DNA of 64,000 nt from the NCBI GenBank assembly GCA_965227295.1, contig OZ245742.1, positions 5,120,001 through 5,184,000 on the forward strand, in the 5' to 3' direction. Below are positions 38,396-48,404 of the stretch, piece by piece. Made by a program: the position numbers and the translations under genes. Numbering within the stretch: the first letter of the stretch is position 1; every line of letters starts with the position of its first letter. The notes under the pieces are model-generated. The model did no database searches, was not told the DNA's origin, and saw only the letters and a program-made list of their open reading frames with translations. The DNA comes from Leptonemataceae bacterium (GTDB taxonomy: Bacteria > Spirochaetota > Leptospiria > Leptospirales > Leptonemataceae).

Positions 38396-38457
38396 GGCTA
38401 CGGAGAAAAAAGTACGAACCGCTCGCCGCCCGGTCCGGCCCGGGTTTTCCTGTCCCC

Positions 38458-39378
38458 ATGACCCTGACCCAGCTCCGCTACGTCGTCGCCGTGGACCGCT
38501 ACGGCAGTTTTGCCGGCGCCGCGAGGCAATGCCTCGTAACCCAGCCGACGCTGTCGCTGCAGATCCAGAAGTTTGAGCAGGAGATCGGACAGGAGATCTT
38601 CGATCGCCGCAAGAATCCGGTAACGACGACCGGCTACGGCCGCAGGATCGTGGACCAGGCGAAGGCCGTCCTGCGCGAGGCGGACAAAATCTCGGAGATG
38701 TTCGTCGAACAAGACGAGGAGCCGTCGGGGGAAATCTCCATCGGCATGATTCCGACGATCTCTTCGTACCTCATGCCGCATCTTTACAAGAACTTAAGTA
38801 AACGGTACAAGAAGTTAGAGTTTCGCATCTACGAACTGCCCACCACACAGATCATCGACCAAATTGAAAAAGAAGAGCTGGAACTGGGTGTCCTGGCCAC
38901 GCCGCTGCACATGAAACCCTTCGTCGAAACGCCGCTCTACTACGAACCCTTCGTGGCCTATTTCCCGAAGAACTACAAGGGCAAGCGTGAAAAGCTTACG
39001 TTTGAGAACATCGAGCAGACCGGCCAGGAGTTGATCCTGCTCGGGGAAGAACACTGCTTTCGCAACCAATCGTTACAGGTTTGCGGTCGCGCCGCCGCCG
39101 GCAAACTGGAATGCGGTTCTCTGGACACCATCAAGAAGATGGTGGACCTCGGCGCCGGCATGACGCTCCTGCCGCTGCTTTCCCTCGGCAAGGCCGAGAT
39201 GAATCGTTCCGGTCGTTTCGCCGAACCGCAGCCGGCGCGGGAAGTGAGCCTCATTTATAAAAAGGGTTTTTACAAAAAGAAAGTCCTCTCCGCCGTGCGG
39301 GACGTGATCCTCGAAGCGGTACCGGAAGAGCTGCGCCGCAAAGAAGGACGGCGTCTGATCGGAATCGACGTGGTGTAA
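38458..39378 (+). CDS. oxyR: OxyR-type LysR regulator
   Basis: LysR HTH; EHCFRNQSLQVC Cys pair; upstream of ahpCF. Confidence 0.88.
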   Translation: MTLTQLRYVVAVDRYGSFAGAARQCLVTQPTLSLQIQKFEQEIGQEIFDRRKNPVTTTGYGRRIVDQAKAVLREADKISEMFVEQDEEPSGEISIGMIPTISSYLMPHLYKNLSKRYKKLEFRIYELPTTQIIDQIEKEELELGVLATPLHMKPFVETPLYYEPFVAYFPKNYKGKREKLTFENIEQTGQELILLGEEHCFRNQSLQVCGRAAAGKLECGSLDTIKKMVDLGAGMTLLPLLSLGKAEMNRSGRFAEPQPAREVSLIYKKGFYKKKVLSAVRDVILEAVPEELRRKEGRRLIGIDVV

Positions 39379-39386
39379 AGGCCGCA

Positions 39387-39945
39387 TCGACCCGGACGAT
39401 GGGTTGCGCTCAGCTATCGTAGCGTTTCCTACGACGAAGACGCCGTTCCGGTCCGCCTTACCCCGGTCCCCGACATGACCTCCGTTCGTCAGCTGGAACC
39501 AGTTGTGACCAAAAAAGGCTTAATACACACGGACCGCAACTTACACCACGATTCGGGACGTTTACGAACAACCTGAGCGTTGCCGGTAGTTCAAGAGCTG
39601 CGGTTCGCAACTGGCGTGAGAAATATGAAGTTAGTTGCGGAATTGTGAAGGGGTTTTTATGGCTACGGCGAAGCGGGAGTTGTGGTATGTCGTTTTGGTA
39701 CGAATGCTGCGTTCGACCCGGACGTTGGTGTGTCGGAAAACGGGGATAAGTCATAGCGTTTCCTACGACGAAGACGCCGTTCCGGTCCGCCTTACCCCGG
39801 TTCCCGACATGACCTCCGTTCGTCAGCTGGAACCAGTTGTGACCAAAAAAGGATTAATACACACTGACCGCAACTTACACCACGATTCGGGGCATACACC
39901 GACAACCCGAACGTTTCCGGTAGTTCCAGAGCCGGGGTTCGCAGC
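39387..39945 (+). repeat. Array 3 of the ~330-bp repeat family (about 1.7 units)
   Basis: CCGGTAG at 39583 and 39917 (period 334). Confidence 0.93.
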
Positions 39946-39959
39946 GGCCCGGCCAGCCT

Positions 39960-39995
39960 ATAGCCTGCGACAATGTCATCATTGACACTATTTAT
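39960..39995 (+). promoter_or_regulatory. OxyR-like binding site upstream of ahpC
   Basis: ATAG-N7-CAAT-N6-ATTG-N7-TTAT. Confidence 0.55.
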
Positions 39996-40088
39996 TTGCG
40001 CAATGCACCAGAATCGGTTATGTTATGCACCATAGTCGGGAGGAAAACTCCCGCGGAACGAACTGATAATTACAAGGAGTATCAGCAA

Positions 40089-40652
40089 ATGTCAATGATC
40101 AACAAAACTATTCCGGACTTCAAGGTAGAGGCGTACCACGACGGCGAATTTCGCACCATCAGCAGTGCCGACGTCAAAGGCAAATGGTCCGTCTTTTTCT
40201 TTTATCCGGCGGACTTTACGTTCGTTTGCCCCACGGAACTGGGCGACCTGGCCGATTTCTATCCGCAACTGCGGGCGGCCGGCGTGGAAGTCTACAGCGT
40301 TTCCACCGATACGCACTTCGTCCACAAGGCCTGGCACGAAGCCAGTGAAACCATCCGCAAGATCGAATTCCCGATGCTCGGCGATCCCGCCGGCGTTCTC
40401 GCCCGCGGCTTCGACGTGATGATCGAAGAAGACGGTCTTGCTCTGCGCGGCACCTTCGTGGCCGATCCGGAAGGCGTGATCAAGATCGCCGAGATCAACG
40501 ATCTGGGCATCGGTCGCTCCGCCGAAGAGCTCGTCCGCAAGGTCAAAGCGGCTCAGTACGTCGCCGAACACGACGGCGAAGTCTGCCCGGCCAAATGGCA
40601 GCCGGGGGAAGCCACGCTGAAGCCCTCCCTCGATCTCGTGGGCAAAATCTGA
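40089..40652 (+). CDS. ahpC: Alkyl hydroperoxide reductase C
   Basis: FYPADFTFVCPTE, GEVCPAKW; AAGGAG RBS. Confidence 0.97.
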   Translation: MSMINKTIPDFKVEAYHDGEFRTISSADVKGKWSVFFFYPADFTFVCPTELGDLADFYPQLRAAGVEVYSVSTDTHFVHKAWHEASETIRKIEFPMLGDPAGVLARGFDVMIEEDGLALRGTFVADPEGVIKIAEINDLGIGRSAEELVRKVKAAQYVAEHDGEVCPAKWQPGEATLKPSLDLVGKI

Positions 40653-40818
40653 ATCAGCCTCGCCCCACCCGCTCCGGCCCGCGCACAAAGCGGGCCTCCG
40701 GGATGGGGCGAAACTGACAGTTATGAATCCATCGCGGCTGCCCCGGCTTCGGGGCGTCGCATCATGCAATCATATTCTATTTATTTAACACGTTAATTAT
40801 TTAAACCGGAGATACGTC

Positions 40819-42432
40819 ATGTTAGACAATGCCATCAAGAAACAACTCACCGAGTACTTTCAAAAACTCGAGGTCCCGGTCGTGCTGCGCACGTTTGCGG
40901 GAGAGCACGAGAAAAGATCCGAACTGCTCTCCATGCTGAACGGCATGGCCGAGCTGAGCGACAAACTCTCCGTCACCGAGGTGCCGGATGACGATGCCTC
41001 GCCGATTTCTTTCGATGTCCTGCGTGACGGCGACGCCACCGGTATCCGCTTCAGCGGCATCCCGGGCGGCCATGAGTTTTCCTCGCTCATCCTCGCCATT
41101 CTCCAGGCCGGCGGCTCGCCGCTGAAGCTGGACGCCGGCGTGCAATCCTTCGCGCGCAAGATCGGCGAACCGCTACGATTTCAAACCGTCGTCTCGCTGT
41201 CCTGCCACAACTGCCCGGACGTCGTCCAGGCACTCAACGGCCTGTCGCTGTTGAACGACGGCATCTCCCACGAGATGATCGACGGCGCCCTCTTTCCACA
41301 GTTCGTGGAAGAACATAACGTGCAGGGTGTGCCCGCGGTCTTTCTGAACGGCAAACCCTTCGCGAACGGCAAGATCGACGCCGGCCAGATCATTCAAAAG
41401 CTCATCGATCTCGCTCCGCAACAGAAGGATACTGCCGATGACGGCGTCGGTGGCGAACCGGAACTCTACGATGTTGCGGTGGTCGGCGGCGGGCCGGGCG
41501 GCGTCGCCTCGGCGGTCTACAGCGCCCGCAAGGGTCTGCGCGTTGCGGTGATCGCGGATCGCCTGGGCGGCCAGGTCAAAGATACGATGGATATCGAAAA
41601 TCTCATCGCCCTGCCGAAGACCACCGGCCCGCAGCTCAGCGGCACTCTGTCCGAACTGCTGCAAAGTTACAGCGTGGAGGTCAAAGAACACCTGCGCGTA
41701 TCGCGGATCGAAAACGGGAAGAGCGAAGTTTCTCCTAAAGTAATCACACTGAATACTAACGAGAAGCTGCTCGCAAAGACCGTGATCCTGGCCACCGGCG
41801 CGAAGTGGCGTGAACTGAACGTGCCCGGCGAAAAAGAGTATCTGGGCAACGGCGTGGCCTACTGTCCGCACTGCGACGGCCCGTTCTTTAAGGGCAAAGA
41901 CGTGGCGGTCATCGGCGGCGGTAACTCCGGCGTCGAAGCGGCCCTGGACCTCGCCGGCATCGTAAAATCGGTGAAGGTGCTCGAGTTCGGTTCGCAAATG
42001 AACGCCGACCAGATCTTACTGGATCGTCTGGGGCGCACCGCGAACATCGAATCGTTCGTAAACGCACAGACCACCGAGGTCCTGGCCGACGGCAAAAAGG
42101 TGACGGGCCTGAAGTACACCGACCGCGAGTCCGGTGAAGAACGTGAAGTGGTCCTCGACGGCGTTTTTGTGCAGATCGGCCTGTTGCCGAACACGGCGTT
42201 CGTGAAGGACCTGGTGGAAACGAATCGTTTCGGTGAGATCATTGTGGATGATCGCTGCCGCACGAATGTGCCGGGCATTTTCGCCTGCGGTGATGCTACG
42301 ACGGTTCCGTACAAACAAATCGTCATCGCCATGGGCGAAGGCGCGAAGGCCTCACTAAGTGCGTTTGAGTATCTGCTGAAGCTGCCGGCGGAGACGCGGG
42401 AAGCCGAAGCGAAAGAGGCGGTGGTGGCTTAA
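40819..42432 (+). CDS. ahpF: Alkyl hydroperoxide reductase F
   Basis: CHNCPDVVQ, CPHCDGP, GGGNSG. Confidence 0.97.
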   Translation: MLDNAIKKQLTEYFQKLEVPVVLRTFAGEHEKRSELLSMLNGMAELSDKLSVTEVPDDDASPISFDVLRDGDATGIRFSGIPGGHEFSSLILAILQAGGSPLKLDAGVQSFARKIGEPLRFQTVVSLSCHNCPDVVQALNGLSLLNDGISHEMIDGALFPQFVEEHNVQGVPAVFLNGKPFANGKIDAGQIIQKLIDLAPQQKDTADDGVGGEPELYDVAVVGGGPGGVASAVYSARKGLRVAVIADRLGGQVKDTMDIENLIALPKTTGPQLSGTLSELLQSYSVEVKEHLRVSRIENGKSEVSPKVITLNTNEKLLAKTVILATGAKWRELNVPGEKEYLGNGVAYCPHCDGPFFKGKDVAVIGGGNSGVEAALDLAGIVKSVKVLEFGSQMNADQILLDRLGRTANIESFVNAQTTEVLADGKKVTGLKYTDRESGEEREVVLDGVFVQIGLLPNTAFVKDLVETNRFGEIIVDDRCRTNVPGIFACGDATTVPYKQIVIAMGEGAKASLSAFEYLLKLPAETREAEAKEAVVA

Positions 42433-42531
42433 TCTCATCGCAACAATCATTACCGGCGGCGGCGCCGTGGAGCGCTGCCGCCGGTCAGTTTTCTTGCTGA
42501 CAGATCCGGCCCCCTGTGCTCCAAAGCGCCT

Positions 42532-43611
42532 ATGATGTGCCGCCTCTTCATTTTTTTCATCTTCCACTCCCTTATCGTTGCAAGCCTGCAGGCGGATGTC
42601 CTGTTCCGGATTCGCCTGAACATCGTCGCAGGGGCAACGGTGGAGCGGCCCACACGAACGAACGCGGAGGCCTATCTTGCAAAGAGCTGCGGCATAAACT
42701 TCAATCAATGGAAAAAAACCGCCCGTTATCCGGAGAGAATCACCGCAAAATTGGACATGCGCCCGGAAAAAGCGGACATAATGTTTATGTACCTTTGCAT
42801 ACGGTTCATGCGGGCCAGTCAGTGGTGGACGAAGAATCTCGCCGAAAACGAATCGAAGACGGCTCGCCACGTAAACTGGTGCTTTCGTCGCGGCACGATA
42901 TTGCCTTCCGCAGGCACCTTCAACGATGCGTACAAAGACAAGAGCCATCATTATCGCAACAAGGTACTCGCCGAACCGGTCCTGATGGGAGAAGGTTCCG
43001 TTTCGTTTGGAGAGGAGCGCGACGTAAACGACTGGAGCATTACAGTGTTTCAAGCGAGCGACCTCGGCCGGGCCCGCGTCGGGAGAAAGTTTCGCGATAT
43101 AGGTGCGATTCTTTCGCAGGATTTGTATGCGGGGCTGGTGAAAGACACGTTCGTGAACTCCAGCCAGAAGTATTTGAAGCTCGAGCACGAACTCGGCCAC
43201 GTCCTTCAACTGGCAGACGGAGACGGCGGAATCATGAATGAAAAAGGACAGGTTCGGACGAAGTTCCCGGACAGCTTTCCACGCATCCTGGTCGACAAGC
43301 TCGACGCTTACTGGGGCAAGAACGTACTGTTCACCGAGGGCGTTGCGCCGGGCTGCGCCTGCTGCCGCGATCCGAGGAGCGAGGAACCGCCGTTCGTTCC
43401 CTACGAGGAACTATTGGAAGAACTCCGCATGCAACGACTGGAATCTTTGCCGGAAAGGATTCGCGTCATCAAAGAACAGCTTGAAAAAGAGGAACAAAAG
43501 ACCCGACGTGAGGCCCTGGAAAAAGAAAAAAACGCCGCCGAAGAACAACTCAAGCGACTCGAAGCACAACAAGAGGAGCAACGCGAGAAAGACTCACGCA
43601 CCGGAAAGTAA
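42532..43611 (+). CDS. Secreted hypothetical protein with an HExxH zinc-peptidase-like motif and a coiled-coil tail
   Basis: Signal peptide; HELGH..L.D; CACC; E/K/Q-rich C-terminus. Confidence 0.6.
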   Translation: MMCRLFIFFIFHSLIVASLQADVLFRIRLNIVAGATVERPTRTNAEAYLAKSCGINFNQWKKTARYPERITAKLDMRPEKADIMFMYLCIRFMRASQWWTKNLAENESKTARHVNWCFRRGTILPSAGTFNDAYKDKSHHYRNKVLAEPVLMGEGSVSFGEERDVNDWSITVFQASDLGRARVGRKFRDIGAILSQDLYAGLVKDTFVNSSQKYLKLEHELGHVLQLADGDGGIMNEKGQVRTKFPDSFPRILVDKLDAYWGKNVLFTEGVAPGCACCRDPRSEEPPFVPYEELLEELRMQRLESLPERIRVIKEQLEKEEQKTRREALEKEKNAAEEQLKRLEAQQEEQREKDSRTGK

Positions 43612-43613
43612 CC

Positions 43614-44603
43614 TCAAAACAAATACACCACCGCAATCGAGTACGCCTCATCGAACAGCCGGTACTCCCGCGGCTCCGGCGGCCGGCGGCCCTGTAAGAA
43701 GTACCACAGTTCCTCCACTTCCGTGTTCGGCCGGCGCCGAAACAGCGGATACCGGTAACCTGCGCTCACTAACATGTTGTCCGTGATACCGAACGAAACG
43801 CCCGCCTCCAGTTCCCGGTAAATCCGCGGCTCCTCCCCGGCGTTCGCGCGCTCCTGAATGACTCCGGCATAGGGCACACGATACGCGAAACCGCCGAAGA
43901 CAGTGAACGTTTCCGCAAAAGACGGCAGCGGTCGAAAGCCCAGGCGCGCCCGCCATTCGGTGACCTTCTCCAGTTCATGCGTCTCCCGCGTGACCGTGAG
44001 CGGCTCCGGCTCCCAGGGCAACGTCTCGATCTCCTGCAACTCCGTTGTGACTTCGGTTGATTCCTCCCGGGGCAGTTGCGAAAGCGGCCAGGTCCCGCCG
44101 GCACGCAGGGTGAACAGCCAGCGATCGCTCGCGAGGCCGAGCGTAAGTCCGGCGCCGCCGTCATAAAAGTTCTCGTCGACGAAAACGTCCCGATCCGAAC
44201 CCGCGGCGAAACCGAGGTCCGCGTCGGCCACCAGAAAGAACGTTTCCTGTTCGCCGAGTTTCGGCTGGGCGCGCAGGCCCAGGCGCGGCCGGCCGTAGCG
44301 TCCGGCATCCTCGCGATCCTTTTGCGCATAATAAACATACGGCACCTGAAAGTTAAGGCCGAGTGCGCCGTAGTCCTCGTCGTCGAGGACGTTCAGTTCA
44401 CCGGCCGCACTCACGGTCCAGATGTTCCGATTGTCCGGCTCGCCCTTGACGTAGTCCACGGAGAACAGGACCTGGGAGCGCGGACCGGGTGTGGTGTTCC
44501 CGAGCACCCGCGCCCGGGAGGCGTGCCCCGGATGGTGGGCATACAACGGCATCACCGCTAATGCAACAACAGCGAAGATTAGCCAGAGAATCGGTCGGCG
44601 CAT
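43614..44603 (-). CDS. Outer-membrane beta-barrel/transporter of the MbnPH locus
   Basis: Signal then HHPGH; amphipathic strands; C-terminal VVYLF. Confidence 0.65.
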   Translation of the reverse strand: MRRPILWLIFAVVALAVMPLYAHHPGHASRARVLGNTTPGPRSQVLFSVDYVKGEPDNRNIWTVSAAGELNVLDDEDYGALGLNFQVPYVYYAQKDREDAGRYGRPRLGLRAQPKLGEQETFFLVADADLGFAAGSDRDVFVDENFYDGGAGLTLGLASDRWLFTLRAGGTWPLSQLPREESTEVTTELQEIETLPWEPEPLTVTRETHELEKVTEWRARLGFRPLPSFAETFTVFGGFAYRVPYAGVIQERANAGEEPRIYRELEAGVSFGITDNMLVSAGYRYPLFRRRPNTEVEELWYFLQGRRPPEPREYRLFDEAYSIAVVYLF

Positions 44604-45436
44604 TAAAAAGAAAAACATTCGTGTTCCCTCATGATCGTGCCGCCGGGGATGTTCGCGGCGAAGGCGGCGCTGACGTCCGACTCCGCGGTGCCGCCGAGAT
44701 TCGCGAACAGCCGGGCGTAGTCGAAGTACAGGAGCATGGCCGTGCTGCTCACCGGCGAAACAGTCGCAGCGCAGCGCGGGGTGACTGCGAAGTCCGAGGC
44801 CACCGAATACAACGCCGTGAAACTCGCACCGCCGATCGTTCCGACAAACTGCATGCGGCGCACGTGCAGGACTACGCTCTGGACGCCGCCGGGCGGCAGG
44901 GCCAGAGTACCGCCGTCCGTACCGAAGTAGTACAGTTCCAGGGAATCCCGCCCGTTGCCGAAACTGCCCGCGGACAACGGCTGCACGAACCGGTCCCGGC
45001 CGGTCACGAAGATACTGACCCCCGCCGCCGGAGCGATGTCCTCCTCGTGACGCGAAACGGGCGCCATAAACTCACGCCCATCGAATGTTAACGCATCCGC
45101 CGCCGGCAGAATCGGCGCGGGGATGCCGGACGCTCCGGCGTAGACGTCGATCTTTTCCACATCCAACCAGGCACTGCTGAGTTGCACGGTGCCTTGATTC
45201 GAAGAGAAACTATCGATGGCATCCAGGCCGCCGTCACCGAAACGAAGCTGTACGTTCATGGCCCCGGTGCCGGCAACGCCCAGGACGTAGCTTAAAAGCG
45301 CTTCCTCATCACTTAAGGCGTCGCCCTGCGTGCCAAACGAACAAGCCCCGCACAGCAGAAGCACAAACAAAAGTCCGCAGCCCGTCCCAAAAACCCTCGA
45401 AACCCCGGCGCCGCGGAGTAAAAAATTCTTCTCCAT
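44603..45436 (-). CDS. Hypothetical lipoprotein
   Basis: LLCGAC lipobox; stop overlaps the next start (TAATG). Confidence 0.65.
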   Translation of the reverse strand: MEKNFLLRGAGVSRVFGTGCGLLFVLLLCGACSFGTQGDALSDEEALLSYVLGVAGTGAMNVQLRFGDGGLDAIDSFSSNQGTVQLSSAWLDVEKIDVYAGASGIPAPILPAADALTFDGREFMAPVSRHEEDIAPAAGVSIFVTGRDRFVQPLSAGSFGNGRDSLELYYFGTDGGTLALPPGGVQSVVLHVRRMQFVGTIGGASFTALYSVASDFAVTPRCAATVSPVSSTAMLLYFDYARLFANLGGTAESDVSAAFAANIPGGTIMREHECFSF

Positions 45437-45440
45437 AATC

Positions 45441-46739
45441 TCACCGCCCGAAGTTCGCATCGCCTTCCCTCGGATTGCTGAACGCGGAGTTGTTCAGAAA
45501 ATCGTAGTCCGTCAACGAACGCAGGAACGCGATGAGATCCGCCTTTTCCTGGCTCGTGATCGAAAACTCACGAATGAGCGACGTATCCACCTGCGGATGG
45601 ACCGCGCGGGTGCTGCCGTCGGCGTACTTCGTGGCGCCGTTCGTGTAATGATCGATGATGTGGCCGAGCATGTCGTCCACCGGATCGCTGCCGCAATCGC
45701 CGCCGGAATCGATCTTAAAGACGCCGTCCTGAGGATTGCAATCGAAGCTGCCGTCGTGCATGTACGGGAAGGTCACCTCGATGTTTCGCAGCGACGGCGC
45801 GCGGTGGCGACCCTCATCGCTTACATCCCCCGTCAGATCGTACAAACCACGCTCGCGTGAAAGTTTAGCGGCGTAGTCCGATTCGGAATAGATGCCGTTG
45901 TTGTGAAACGAAAATTCGGTGAATACGGTACCGCTGTGCGTGGTGGTATCCGTGAAGTTGAATCCGCCGTGGCAATGAAAACATTCGGCGACCTCACTGT
46001 TAAAGAACACGGCGCCGCGGCGGGCCGAAGCGGAAAGCGTCGCCGTTCCGTTCTGGTACTGATCGTAAGAACTGTTGCCCGAGATCATCGTACGAATGAA
46101 CGCGGCCAGGGCCTTGCGAATGTTGCCGTCATCGAAGGTATCGCCGGCGCCGAAAGCCGCCGCGAATTTTCCCTGGTAGAGTGAATCGTTTCGCAGTTTG
46201 TCCAGGTAAGCGTCGCCGGACAGACCGAGCTCCACAATGGTACTGTCCGTGGACTCGGCGAAGAGCGGCGTCAGCGCCTGACGTTCGAGGGTATCCGTAA
46301 CACTGTTCGCCCAGTTGAGACGTGAATGATAGCCGGCGTTGGAAAGATGCTGCGAATTTCGCGGATGGGTTTCGCCGGTGATGCCCGACGGACGCTCACG
46401 CTGATCCGTAAAGGCGAACTCCTGAAAATGACAACTCGCACACGACGCGCTTTCATCTTGCGAAAGCCGTTTGTCGTAGAAGAGATGGCGGCCGAGGTCG
46501 ACCTTCGCGTCGGTCATGCAGTTATCCGCGGGCACGGCGGGGACCGGGAAATCCGCGGGCAAGTTCCAGGCATACGGAGGGCAGCCGGTATTGAATGTCA
46601 GCGCGAAGACTGAGAGCAACAGGGCGGCGCCGGTAGCGTCGCTGTCGTCGTTGCCGTTTAGAATACTGCAACCCGACATGGCGGTCAACACGGCGACCAG
46701 AACCAGGCCCCGTAGGCCCGGATGGTGGAATCGTTTCAT
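45441..46739 (-). CDS. mbnH: MbnH-family di-heme cytochrome c peroxidase-like lipoprotein
   Basis: CASCH, CFHCH, PSLRNI.VT.PYMHDGS; adjacent to mbnP. Confidence 0.85.
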   Translation of the reverse strand: MKRFHHPGLRGLVLVAVLTAMSGCSILNGNDDSDATGAALLLSVFALTFNTGCPPYAWNLPADFPVPAVPADNCMTDAKVDLGRHLFYDKRLSQDESASCASCHFQEFAFTDQRERPSGITGETHPRNSQHLSNAGYHSRLNWANSVTDTLERQALTPLFAESTDSTIVELGLSGDAYLDKLRNDSLYQGKFAAAFGAGDTFDDGNIRKALAAFIRTMISGNSSYDQYQNGTATLSASARRGAVFFNSEVAECFHCHGGFNFTDTTTHSGTVFTEFSFHNNGIYSESDYAAKLSRERGLYDLTGDVSDEGRHRAPSLRNIEVTFPYMHDGSFDCNPQDGVFKIDSGGDCGSDPVDDMLGHIIDHYTNGATKYADGSTRAVHPQVDTSLIREFSITSQEKADLIAFLRSLTDYDFLNNSAFSNPREGDANFGR

Positions 46740-46761
46740 AATATTATACCATATGATGTTA

Positions 46762-46790
46762 GCGGCGCCGCCGGATCCCGACGGCGCCGC
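46762..46790. other. Intergenic hairpin between mbnP and mbnH
   Basis: GCGGCGCCG-N11-CGGCGCCGC. Confidence 0.45.
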
Positions 46791-46795
46791 CCATC

Positions 46796-47731
46796 CTACT
46801 GAATCACAAAGGCCGACTGGAGCGAGGCGGCCTGGCCGGTTGTGGAGTCGATCCCGAAGTTCGAAAGCAGCTTCGGACACTCCACGGACTCCTCGGTAGT
46901 GGACCCGGACGCAGCCGGCGGTTTCAACGGCATGCAGCCGCGTCGGCTTCCCGTGGACGGATCGAAGCCGCTCAACGCCCGATTCATGTCCAGCGTAACT
47001 TTCTGCGAGTCGGTGTTAAACGACGTCGTCGAAGCCAGGATGTTCGCCCGGAACGGCTGCGAACACGTATTGCTGCTTACGTCCCCGCCGCAATCCAGGC
47101 TGCCCAGGTGCAATAACGTCGTAAACGTTGCGTCCGTGGCCTGGAACTCCAGGCGCGTGAACTTGTAACCAAGGGACCAGCTCCAGTACATCTGGTTGAT
47201 GTTCAGCGGCGACGGCGTGGTGCTGTTGCTCAGAGAATTGAGGCTGTCCGGCAGGCCCAGATCAAAGACGATGCCGGTATAATTCGCAACCGGCGCGTAG
47301 CCGCGAATGCTCGTGTTCGTATCGCTCGAACCGGAGCAGTTACCCGTGGCATTCTCGAAGTCCAGCAGCGCGGCGCCGCCGTACTGCCAGACGCCGTCGT
47401 CCGGGAGCGTGACCGGTAACAGCGTACCACCGGAAATTAAGCGCACGTTGGAAACGTAGAAGCGCGCGTCGGTGAGGTTCAGCGTCTTCGTGGTGGAACC
47501 GTCCACCGCCGCGGAGACGGTAAACGTCTGATTGCAGCGTACCGAGGTGCTTCCGCTGCTGAGATCGAACTCGATGGCGATGGGCGAGGCCACGAAAGCC
47601 AGTGCGGTCAGCAGAGTATGGTTCGGCGCGGCTTCAGTGTCCTGATCCAGGCCGAGGGCGTTGCATTGCAACGTAGCGCCGGCAAACAGTACGGCCGCCG
47701 CAGATGCGGCGAATCTTGATAGAATGTGCAT
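46796..47731 (-). CDS. mbnP: MbnP-family copper-binding protein
   Basis: DARFYVSNV, ALLDFE, MYWSWSLGYKF (WxW), HLGS. Confidence 0.85.
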   Translation of the reverse strand: MHILSRFAASAAAVLFAGATLQCNALGLDQDTEAAPNHTLLTALAFVASPIAIEFDLSSGSTSVRCNQTFTVSAAVDGSTTKTLNLTDARFYVSNVRLISGGTLLPVTLPDDGVWQYGGAALLDFENATGNCSGSSDTNTSIRGYAPVANYTGIVFDLGLPDSLNSLSNSTTPSPLNINQMYWSWSLGYKFTRLEFQATDATFTTLLHLGSLDCGGDVSSNTCSQPFRANILASTTSFNTDSQKVTLDMNRALSGFDPSTGSRRGCMPLKPPAASGSTTEESVECPKLLSNFGIDSTTGQAASLQSAFVIQ

Positions 47732-47829
47732 GGTTTCTCCTGAATATAAAGCCCCGTCGTCGGCGTATGCGTGCACGACCCGACGGGCGTCGCTAAGTAG
47801 CGACGATCATAAGTTAAACGAACCGGGAT

Positions 47830-48300
47830 TCAGGAGAATGCGGGCGGGCCGCGAGAACCGGGCAGCCGGAGATCAGCGACACGGACACGCACACCTTCCA
47901 GAACGGTCGGCGTGAGGATCGGCTGCAACGCTACGACAAGCAGCGGCGCCGGAGCGGCCTGGGCCAGGGTGAGCAGTTGCAGATAGCCCTGGCACACCGG
48001 ACACGAGGAGTGCTGGTGATGGCCGTCGCGATTCGACTCGGTTTCCGCATGCTGCTCATGTCCCGACGTTTCCGCGGTAGCGGCAAGGCGTCGGTGACAC
48101 GGCGGAACCACGGAGGCCCGTTGCACGTGGGCATGGTGCCCGTCCCCGTGATCGCCGTGTTCGTCGGCGTAAGCCGCCGGGTTCATGACCGGACAGCGGT
48201 GCAACGCCGGGATCGGATACTGGGACAGGAATCCCAATAGCGCGATCAGGGCACCGGCGAAGCGCAGACGCGCGAACGATGTCGAGCGGTGAGAGTTCAT
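47830..48300 (-). CDS. DUF2946-like protein (CruR/CutF-like leader)
   Basis: N-terminal hydrophobic segment, His-rich linker, CPVC, C-terminal RGPP. Confidence 0.75.
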   Translation of the reverse strand: MNSHRSTSFARLRFAGALIALLGFLSQYPIPALHRCPVMNPAAYADEHGDHGDGHHAHVQRASVVPPCHRRLAATAETSGHEQHAETESNRDGHHQHSSCPVCQGYLQLLTLAQAAPAPLLVVALQPILTPTVLEGVRVRVADLRLPGSRGPPAFS

Positions 48301-48404
48301 CGACCGTGCCAGAATGATGCAGGTCGAATCGCTGACAAGGCGATTTTTCGCACCCGTGGCGACAAAACGCTTGTGCCCGTTCCGCCCTCGTGCATACCTG
48401 CACG

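Noticed and set aside
45441..47731. Methanobactin biosynthesis cluster
   Set aside because: No mbnA, mbnB or mbnC-like genes; MbnP/MbnH pairs occur widely without them.
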